Shown here piece after piece: positions 41,140-50,772 of a DNA stretch of 64,000 bases. Made by a program: the position numbers and the translations under genes. The notes under the pieces are model-generated. The model was not told the origin of the DNA and searched no databases. It saw only the letters and a list, made by a program, of their open reading frames with translations. The DNA lies in the NCBI GenBank assembly GCA_951406725.2, contig OX597816.1, forward strand, positions 103,106,001 to 103,170,000, written 5' to 3'. Each line of letters starts with the position of its first letter. Position 1 is the stretch's first letter. This DNA is from Octopus vulgaris. Taxonomy: Eukaryota.

Positions 41140-42578
41140 CCACTGGATCAACAAAAAATCTGTGACCCCCTTCGATGTCAGCATGGGTGCTAGCGACTCG
41201 GCTGAAATTAGCGACCTAGTGGGCCTTTTCATCCTCCATAGGCTGAAAACCCTATTCACAGGCCTCTCAGGTGGTCTTTACCGCGATGACGGCCTTTTCG
41301 CCCTCCATAAAATAAACCCCAGGACCACGGATGGGTTCCGGAAAAATCTTTACACCTTCTTTAAAAACTTAGGCCTTAGGATTACCTTAGAATCCAACTT
41401 AACTAAAGCTAACTTCCTTGACGTCACCCTCAACTTAAAAACCTCACTCTATTACCCGTACCACAAACCAAATGAATCCCTTAGATATATAGATATTAAT
41501 TCCAACCACCCCAAAAATATATTAGATAACCTAGTAAAAAGTGTCTCAATTAGAATCTCTAGCCTGTCCGCCATGGAAGATATCTTTAAGGCCGCAGCCC
41601 CCTATTACAACGAAGCCCTGGCCCGCAGTGGCTTTAAAGATAAGATTACCTATACTAGTATAGCCCCACGCCAACCCAGGAAAAATAGACGAAGACACAT
41701 TAGCTGGTACAACCCCCCTTCAACCGTGAGGTCGCTACACCTGTAGCTAAAATCTTCTTCACTCTCCTACAGAAACACTTCCCCACCCAACATAAGTACT
41801 ACACTATCCTAAATAAGAACACTATTAGACTCTCCTACTCTACCACGCCCAATCTAGCCAGGAACCTAGCCAACAACAATGTGAAAAAACTTAACATATC
41901 TACTTTTTCCGAGGCCCATCCTACGTCCGATAGCAATTGCAACTGCCCTGATAAAACCACCTGCCCCCTCAACAACAACTGCCTACAGAGGGACCTAGTA
42001 TATACATGCGAGGTAAGATCAGGCCCTGACGATAAAAGAAAATCCTACATCGGAATGACGTCAAACAGCTTTAAGACCCGCTGGTACGCACATACACACA
42101 CTCGTTCCGGCGACAGGATAAATCCAACCAAACTACCCTCGCCGCCCACATCTGGTACCTTAAAAGGAACTCCATCCCCTTCAAGACCAAGTGGAAACTA
42201 CTACAGAAGGCGCGTTCGTACACAGGAGGCCATACCTGCTGTGACCTTTGCATTTCGGAGAGCCTAGAGATCTTGTTCGCCAAAGGCCCTCTCCTTAACA
42301 AAATCTCAGAACACTCCCCAAATTGCATGCATAAGAATTATGCAAACTACAAGAACTATAGACCTACCCGGCAACCAGATTGAAGACACCCCACCCACAA
42401 AACCCCCCAATCCCACCGTTCCCCTGGCACCCCCGATTACCTTTTCTCCTAAGACCTTTCACATATTGTATGTGCACGCTTGTATATGTGTATCGTGTAT
42501 ATATGTATAGAAATGTATGGGTATAGTAGGAATATACGCATGATTCATGTGTGTGTGTGTGTGTGTATGTATGTAAAA

Positions 42579-42611
<33 letters not shown>

Positions 42612-42942
42612 AGTGTGTGTGTGTATGTGTATATATGTATATATGTATATATGTATGTATGCATATGTATGTGTATATGTATGAGTGTATGTATGTGTAT
42701 GTATGTATAAAATATATAATTAGGGCTTAGTAATATAAATTACTCTGCCACATACTGAACTTTCTAGAAATAGCAGCCAAAAAAGTTTTTTAGCCTCTTC
42801 CACGACTTAAAGAATACTTTCTCTCAGACATTGTTTACTCAAAAAAATAATGGTCCCTTTACATACTGAATACTTGGAGAAATTGATTAATAACTAATTA
42901 ACTTTACCCTCAATTGTTGATATATATATATGTGTGTGTATA

Positions 42943-42997
<55 letters not shown>

Positions 42998-43254
42998 GTA
43001 TATATATGAGAGTGTATGTATATATGTGTATATATATGTATGTGTGTATGTGTGTGTGTGTGTATATATAAAGATAGGTATATATATGTGTGTATATGTA
43101 TGTGTGTGTGTATATGTATATATATATGTATATATATGTGTAGGTGTACGTGTATATGTACATATACGTGTACGCTCGTGTGTTTATGTATATGTAGGTA
43201 CGTAGAGTTATGTATGTGTGTATGTATATGTACATGTGTGTAGGTATGTATATG

Positions 43255-43303
<49 letters not shown>

Positions 43304-44225
43304 ATGTGTATGTATATATATATATATGTGTATGTATGTGTATGTGTATGTATGTGTATGTATATATGTATGTATTTGTATGTAGGTGTATATGTAGGTG
43401 TGTGTATATATATTTATTGGTGTATATGTATAGACTAGCCTTCTAATACTGTAGACATGATTCTGTGGGTAAGCGTACTATGTGTATATACGTGTGAATG
43501 TGTGGGCGCGAGTGAGTGCTTGCGTTAGTATCAGTAAGTAGATAGAAAAACAGAACCTTTAGAGATCCCTTGGGACAAGTTTGACCGGTCAAGATAAAAA
43601 TAAAGATATAAACAAAAGTAGTTAATAAAATTAAAATAAGAGAATAAAAATGTTTGTGTATGTGCGTGCATGTATATGCATTTGTATATATAGGTGCGAG
43701 TGGGTATACATATGTGTATGTATGTGTATGTGTTTGTGTATCTGTGTGTATGTACATGAGTATGTGTAGATATATGTACACATATATATATATATATATA
43801 TGTATGTGTACGTGTATGAATGTATATAGATGTATGTATATGTGGGTATGTATATATAGGTATAGATATATGTGAATAGGCGGGTGTGTATATGTGTATG
43901 TATATATATATATATGTAGATGTACAAGTGAGAGTCTCCCCACTTACCTAAAACTTTTTTTATTATTTTTTTATTTTATTTTTATTTTATCTTTTATTCT
44001 TTTATTTATTCTTTTATCTACTTTACCACCGATTCCTTTGACCACTCCCCTAATAATGACAGTTTTGCGCCATGCCTACCCCCAAAAAAGTCCCCCACCA
44101 CCACCCATTTAAACCTGCCTAAATGTATAAATGCCAAAACAACTCTTGTCGACTTGCTTCCTGATGATTTCTTTTGAATGAAACAGTTCTAGTCCTGTAG
44201 AAGCTCCTTCTATATAATAAAATAA
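41140..44225 (+). mobile_element. Penelope-like element (Naiad-type), 5'-truncated; RT plus GIY-YIG ORF to 42383 with two frameshifts; microsatellite-rich 3' region ending in a hammerhead motif
   Basis: FDVSMGASDSAEISDLVG, GLYRDDGL, NFLDVTLNL, KPN...YI...SNHP, WYNPP, CNC-x5-C-x5-C linker, VY...YIGMT..FK.R..H and CCDLC...CMH. Frameshifts at ~41717 and ~42100. The 3' boundary is inferred from the ribozyme position. Confidence 0.88.
44156..44204 (+). ncRNA. Type I hammerhead ribozyme motif
   Basis: GCTTC-CTGATGA-t TTC tttt GAA t-GAAA-CAG ttctagtc CTG-TA-GAAGC. Perfect stem I (GCTTC/GAAGC), intact core, predicted GUA cleavage after 44199. The first stem II pair is a U-U mismatch. Confidence 0.75.
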
Positions 44226-44248
44226 ATATATATATATATATATATATA

Positions 44249-46219
44249 GGTCATAAGCCAACTAATTAGAGAGAGAGTTAGTTTAGATGAGATGCAGTTT
44301 GGGTTCGTGCTAGGGAAAAGTACCACTGATGCTATATTCCTGGTAAGGCAGCTGCAGGAGAAATACCTAGCCAAAGATAAGCCCCTGTACCTGGCTTTTG
44401 TTGACATGGAGAAAGCCTTCGACAGGGTCCCCCGATCCCTCATCTGGTGGTCAATGAGGAAACTAGGAATAGATGAATGGTTAGTGAGAGCTGTGCGAGC
44501 CATGTACAGGGACGCTGCTAGTAAGGTGAGGGTTGGCAACGAGTACAGTGAAGAATTCCGGGTAGAGGTAGGGGTCCACCAAGGCTCAGTCCTCAGCCCC
44601 CTCCTATTTATCATAGTCCTCCAGGCAATAACGGAGGAATTCAAGACAGGATGCCCCTGGGAGCTCCTCTATGCTGATGACCTTGCTCTAATTGCTGAGT
44701 CACTATCAGAACTGGAGAAGAAGTTTCAGGTGTGGAAGCAAGGTTTAGAATCGAAGGGCCTCAGAGTCAATCTAGCTAAAACCAAAGTCGTAATAAGTAG
44801 GAAGGTAGACAAATCACAAACACCTTCAGGTAGATGGCCCTGCTCGATCTGTAGAAAAGGTGTAGGTAGAAACTCTATAAGATGCACCAAGTGTAAGCTA
44901 TGGACACATAAGAGGTGTAGCAATGTCATAGGAAGGCTAACTAGGAAGATGGTTTTGTATGTGGCAGATGCTTGGGAGCATTAACCTCTGAAAATCTGCA
45001 GAAAACAACTTCCGTCACTTTCCAGGGGGAAAAACTAGAAGTAGTTGATAGCTTCCGTTATCTTGGTGACCAAGTCAGTTGTGGGGGTGGGTGTGCTGAA
45101 AGTGTAATGGCTAGAGTAAGAATAGCCTGGGCAAAGTTTAGGGAGCTCTTACTTCTGCTGGTGACTAAAGGCCTCTCGCTCAGAGTAAAAGGCAGACTGT
45201 ATGATGCATGTGTACGAACAGCCATGCTACATGGCAGTGAAACATGGGCCGTGACTGCTGAGGACATGCGTAAGCTTGTGAGAAATGAAGCCAGTATGCT
45301 CCGATGGATGTGTAATGTCAGTGTGCATGCTCGACAGAGCGTTAGTACCCTGAGAGAAATGTTGGACCTAAGGAGCATCAGTTGTGGTGTGCAAGAGAGA
45401 CGATTGCGCTGGTATGGTCATGTGGCGAGAATGGATGAAGATAGGCGTGTGAAAAAGTGCCAATCCCTAACAGTGGAGGGAACCCGTGGAAGAGGTAGAC
45501 CCAGGAAAACTTGGGACAAGGTGGTGAAGCACGACCTTCGAACTTTAGGTCTCACTGAGGAAATGACCAGCGACCGAGACCTTTGGAAATATGCTGTGCA
45601 TGAAAAGACCAGGCAGGACAAGTGAGTCCAGCCCACTTATGCATGCCTTTCCTCCCTTGGACACACAAAGACCTGTTGAGGCAAGCGAAGTCAATATCGA
45701 ACCTCATCCGACGACAGGCACCTATGCCTACCCCCCTTTGCTTGCGAAGACCTGTTGGGGCAAGTGAAATCGGAATCGAAATTGAACCAATCCTATGACT
45801 GGCACTCGGCAGATGCCAGGACCCCTGGACTGGAGATACGTAAAAAGCACTATCTGAATCGTGGCCGATGCCAGCGCCGCCTCAACTGGCTTCCGTGTCG
45901 GTGGCACGTAAAAAGCACCATCCGAATTGTGGCCGAAGCCAGTGCCGCCTCGACTGGCTTCCGTGCAGGTGGCACGTAAAATGCACCAATCTGACCGTGG
46001 CCGATGCCAGCCTCGCCTGGCACCAGTGTAGGTGGCACGTAAAAAGCATCCACTACACTCACGGAGTGGTTGGCGTTAGGAAGGGCATCCAGCTGTAGAA
46101 ACATTGCCAGATAAGACCAGAGCCTGGTGCAGCCTTCTGGCTTCCCAGATCCCCGGTCGAACCGTCCAACCCATGCTAGCATGGAGAACGGATGTTAAAC
46201 GATGATGATGATGATGATG
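44249..46219 (+). mobile_element. RTE-clade LINE, 5'-truncated, young (single frameshift)
   Basis: ORF 44292-44984 has QFGF...STTDAIF, AFVDMEKAFDRV, GVHQGSVLSPLLF, LLYADDL and a Cys-rich insert. ORF 44972-45625 has FRYLG, LHGSETW, RRLRWYGHV and RGRGRPRKTW. The 3' UTR has short tandem repeats and a (GAT)n tail. Confidence 0.95.
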
Positions 46220-46372
46220 AACGGGCTTCTTACAGTTTTCACCTACCAAATCCACTCTCAAGTCCTTGGTCGGCCTGAGGCTATAGTAGAAGACCAAGGT
46301 GTCACACAGTGGGACTGAACTCAGGACCATGTGGTTAGGAAGCAAGCTTTTTACCACACAGCCACTCCTGTG

Positions 46373-46375
<3 letters not shown>
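46220..46375 (-). mobile_element. Family B SINE 5' part
   Basis: CAGTGGGACTGAAC...TTACCACACAGCCACTCCTGTGCCTA. Confidence 0.75.
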
Positions 46376-46414
<39 letters not shown>

Positions 46415-46711
46415 CCTTGAAGACAATGTAACCTTCATTTAACTAAGGTATCTTTGGCCTGATGAGTAGCTAATGAAGTAACCTTCGTTGAGCAATTATT
46501 ACTTCCACAGATTTGCTCACTAGGAAACATATGTAGCCTGGATTTTACCAACTCTATTCCCTTAATTTGGATTTTCATTTGCATACATAGCAACTATGGT
46601 TGCTAACCATGAACTATAAAATAACTATTTTCAGCTTATCCAACTTCAGTATGAAAATAACTCATAATCCTCTACACCAATAGAGTTGTTTCTTATTATA
46701 TATATATATAC

Positions 46712-47087
46712 TCTCTTTACTCTTTTACTCTTTTACTTGTTTCAGTCATTTGACTGCGGCCATGCTGGAGCACCACCTTTTTAGTACTTATTCTATCGGT
46801 CTCTTTTTGCCGAACCGCTAAGTGACGGGGACGTAAACAGACCAGCATCGGTTGTCAAGCAATGCTAGGGGGACAAACACAGACACAAACACACACACAC
46901 ATATACATATATATACATATATACGACAGGCTTCTTTCAGTTTCCGTCTACCAAATCCACTCACAAGGCATTGGTCGGCCCGGGGCTATAGCAGAAGACA
47001 CTTGCCCAAGATGCCACGCAGTGGGACTGAACCCGCAACCGTGTGGTTGGTTAGCAAGCTACTTACCACACAGCCACTCCTACGCCT
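46712..47087 (-). mobile_element. Near-complete family B SINE
   Basis: Reverse strand: TAGGCGTAGGAGTGGCTGTGTGGTAAG (A-box-like), GGTTCAGTCCC (B-box-like), CTTGGGCAAGTG core, (AGTAAAAG)n tail. Confidence 0.85.
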
Positions 47088-47176
47088 ATATATATATATA
47101 TATATAAAAGAATTTTTTTGTGAAATAAGATAAAAAACCAAGGCTGAATAGATATTAGAGCATTTATAGATAGAAG

Positions 47177-47228
47177 GTCTTACAGCTGTTTCTAGGATAT
47201 TAATTAATTGTATCCGTTCATCGGAGAC
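47177..47228 (-). ncRNA. Minimal type I hammerhead motif, CCGAUGA core variant, palindromic stem III
   Basis: Reverse strand: GTCT-CCGATGA-ac GGATA caattaattaa TATCC ta-GAAA-CAGCTG-TA-AGAC. Confidence 0.65.
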
Positions 47229-47664
47229 GATGTGAGACGAAAATTAAGTCATAGTTAGTTTCGATGTGATAGAAAATAGAGAGTGAGGTGGAGGAAAGAA
47301 AATAGATGTAAGATATGTATAGGTATTGAAATTGTAAATCCGTTTTATAGGCATGTTATATATGCAATATTCCAATATCTTTTGAGTAAAATCAAAAAGT
47401 CCAACAAAGTTTAATATGAGTCCCTCCAAATATAGAGTTTGTAGGATTCCCTTATGAGTGAGATCCAGCAAATTTTTAAACTTAGTCATTCCCAGTATGC
47501 AAAAAATTCTTATATACGCATGCTGACATAGAACCAACATTGAACTCTTTATTTGCAATATTACCGAATCTGGAACTTAACTATGGTCTGTCAGCATTAC
47601 CTGACACCTTTGGGTCTCAATGACACCATTATCTCTTATAACCTCAACTTCTCGCTATATATCA

Positions 47665-47850
47665 TCATCATCATCATTGTTTAATGTCCACTTTCCATGC
47701 TAGCATGGGTTGGACGATTTTGACTGAGGGCTGGCAAACCAGATGGCTGCACCAGGCTCCAATCTTGATCTGGCAGATTTCCTACAGCTGGATGCCCTTC
47801 CTAACGCCAACCACTCCGAGAGTGTAGTGGGTGCTTTTTACGTGCCACAA
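47665..47850 (-). mobile_element. RTE 3' tail fragment
   Basis: Reverse complement of the 46030-46219-type tail, starting with (CAT)n. Confidence 0.8.
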
Positions 47851-48037
47851 TAATAATAATAATAATAATCTTTTCTACTAAAGGCACAAGGCCTGAAATT
47901 TGGTGGGGGGAGTAGTTGATTACCTCAACCCTGGTGTTTCATGGGCACTTAATTTATTGACCCCCAAAAGGATGAAAGGAATTTGAACTCAGAGCATAGC
48001 GGCAGACGAAATACCATAAAGCATATATATATATATC

Positions 48038-48150
48038 AATTTTTTTGTGTAATGAGATAAAAAAAACCAAGGCTGTATAGATATTAGAGCATTTATAGAT
48101 GCTCTAATATCTATACAGCCTTGGTTTTTTATCTCATTATGCAAAAAATT
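48038..48150. repeat. Near-perfect palindrome, ~113 bp
   Basis: TAATGAGAT-An-CCAAGGCTGTATAGATATTAGAGCAT..ATGCTCTAATATCTATACAGCCTTGG-Tn-ATCTCATTA. Confidence 0.95.
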
Positions 48151-48293
48151 CATATATACACATGCTGACATTGAACCAACGTTGAACACTTTATTCGCAA
48201 TATTACCGAATCTGGAACTTAACTATGGTCTGTCTATAGCACTTATTCAGCATTACCTGACACTTTTGGGTCTCAATAACACCATTATCTCTT

Positions 48294-48327
<34 letters not shown>

Positions 48328-48711
48328 CAAATTGAGATAGGGGTTGTAAATGCAACCCTCCATGGAATAACATATATCCAATATACTGCTAGTGAAGTAC
48401 CCAACAAAGTTAATACATAAATGTTAAGGATTGCGATGCAATCAATTCATTTACTGTATTATATGGGCAAAGGTAAAATGATTTACCACAAATTACTAAT
48501 ACAAGATAAGAAAATGGAGAAATACATCTAAATCAAATATCAATTACCAGATAATACTCAATCACATACTTTATTAAACCACCACATAAGAGACTGTAGC
48601 GTTAAACATAAAAAGCAGGACAAATCAGTGTACATAAAGGAATGTACATAAAAGAGTAATGTTGTATAATAAGTAGAATATATATAAAAAAGAGAATATA
48701 AATATAAGTAA

Positions 48712-49328
48712 ATATAAATATAAGTATAGATTACATCTTACAGCTGTTTCGGCCATGTAGATAAGTATGTCTCATTTTACCAATATTAGCCTTTTATGGT
48801 AGGTCAATATATAGATATAAATGAGACATTTACAAAAATATCATTAAATATTATTAATAATATTATTAATAATTATTAATAATATTATGAATGATAATAA
48901 TGGTAGCATTAATGGTATTGACAACGATAATGATGCTAACTTTAATGACACTTTGGAAATTAGTAGGAAGTAATATATTGTACTATTGACTATGTATATT
49001 TGCATCTAGGTACTAATATGTGTATGTTTATTATCACAATATTAAGTTGAAAAACTGAAGCATTGAATATGGAACATATATATGTTTACTAATTTATATT
49101 ATTTATTTACATTATTATGTATATGTATATTTTTATATGTATAGGAGTGTGAGTATATGCACTCATATGTATATGTATATCTCCGAAGAGGCCTTATGAT
49201 ATTTTTGTAAATGTCTCATTTATATCTATATATTGACCTACCATAAAAGGCTAATATTGGTAAAATGAGACATACTTATCTACATGGCCGAAACAGCTGT
49301 AAGATGTAATCTATACTTATATTTATAT
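48712..49328. repeat. 133-bp inverted repeat (48712-48844 / 49196-49328) with a 351-bp AT-rich spacer
   Basis: The arms are essentially exact reverse complements by inspection. Confidence 0.95.
49176..49308 (+). ncRNA. Type I hammerhead motif, CCGAAGA core variant, long stem II insertion
   Basis: TATATCT-CCGAAGA-GGCC[~92 nt]GGCC-GAAA-CAGCTG-TA-AGATGTA. Stem I is 7 bp with one U-G pair. Predicted cleavage after 49301. Confidence 0.65.
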
Positions 49329-49446
49329 ATACCTATTTAATATATACCTGTTGTTTTACATTCCCCCAGAATACTAGGTATTGAACCAGTATTTCCTTGG
49401 ATGCATCCATTCCTTCATGAGGTCAATTCTGTTTCTAATTAAATCA

Positions 49447-49518
<72 letters not shown>

Positions 49519-49535
49519 AATCTATCTATCTATCT
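49447..49535. repeat. (TCTA)n microsatellite
   Basis: Directly visible. Confidence 0.95.
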
Positions 49536-49593
49536 ATATATATATGTATATAAAGTTAATCCAAACAAAGACAAATAAATATAGATATGGATA

Positions 49594-49807
49594 GATAGAT
49601 ATGGCTGGTCAATGGGGTTATCCTGAGTTTTCATGTCAATAAAGCATTTAGCTTTACAGCGTTTCCTCAGACCCTAAAACCCATTGGCCTATGGCCTCTC
49701 TAGCAAGTGGCCTTTTCAGAGAAGCCATAGGCCAATGGTTTATAGGGTCTAAAGAAACACTATGGATGTGAAACCCAGGGTAACCCCATAGACCAGCCAT
49801 ATCTATC
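49594..49807. repeat. 214-bp imperfect fold-back
   Basis: GATAGATATGGCTGGTC.ATGGGGTTA pairs with TAACCCCAT.GACCAGCCATATCTATC. Inner AGACCCTA..CCATTGGCCTATGGC.TCTC pairs with GAGA.GCCATAGGCCAATGG..TAGGGTCT. Confidence 0.9.
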
Positions 49808-50035
49808 TTTATCTGTATACTTTACTGCTCCATAACTTAGATGTGCTTCTATTTCGGATTTATGATTTACTGAAGTTATACATACATACATACACACATA
49901 CATACATACATACAGACATACATATACACACACACGCACATATGTAAGTATATAAGACTATAGCATTGTTTGAAAATAGTTTGGAACGAACTTCTAGGCC
50001 TATGAGTAACCTATGTTGCTTCATGGCTATAAATA

Positions 50036-50090
<55 letters not shown>

Positions 50091-50554
50091 TTTGTATGTA
50101 TGTATGTGTGTGTGTGTGCGTGTTTGTTCTCTGACGACATATATCATTATCGTGTTTTATTCTATATATTGAATATAGGATAAGGAAAAACTACTGAATG
50201 ATGAAAGATTGACCTTTTTTCACCATGGTAACATCTAAAAACCCAGGTAAGCAGATTGCACAATCATGTGTTATATAGCCTATAAAAAAACTCTTCTGTA
50301 TTGAAGTTAGGAAAACTAACGCTTCTGCGTTATTTACGTTTTGTAGTTTGGCTTGAAGACTTGTCAAGAAGGGGGTGAGAGAAGCACCTGGCTCCCCTTC
50401 TCTCCATTTAGCTTGAATTAACTGGAAAAAAAAAAAAAAGTAGTTGTTGGAGAGGAAACTGACAACTCTCACCGAAGAAAAATATTTATTTTACGTCATA
50501 CATCTGGAAGTGTGTCTTGTTTAATTTATTGTGTATATAATTTTTCATAATAAC

Positions 50555-50772
50555 ATGTCTGCTCCAGCGGAATCTTCTCCAGCAGTATTGGGATTTTATG
50601 GTGATAACAAGTCCCAGGATGTTTCATTACCTCTCACACCTCCTATAGATAATGCATGGAATAAGAAATCTCCATGGGGAAAAGCTTCGAATTCGTGGCA
50701 GCAACCATGTAACTTGACCGAAGTTATGAGTGAACAACTAGCTTTAGAGTTGAGCCAAACAGATGTTAACAC
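50555..50772 (+). CDS. RIOK3: RIO kinase 3, coding exon 1
   Basis: MSAPAESS...KSPWGK...PCNLTEVMSEQLALEL matches the RIOK3 N-terminal PWG / L..VMSEQLA.EL motif. Donor AC|GTAAGT, phase 2. Confidence 0.85.

Noticed and set aside
45850-46050. Spaced repeats GGTGGCACGTAAAA superficially like a CRISPR array
   Set aside because: The 'spacers' are themselves homologous. This is a tandem repeat within the RTE 3' UTR in eukaryotic DNA with no cas genes.
46450-46495. CTGATGA followed by GAAG
   Set aside because: No GAAA and no stems I or III.
50191-50472. 93-aa minus-strand ORF head-to-head with RIOK3
   Set aside because: No recognisable homology; retained only as part of the tentative non-coding transcript.
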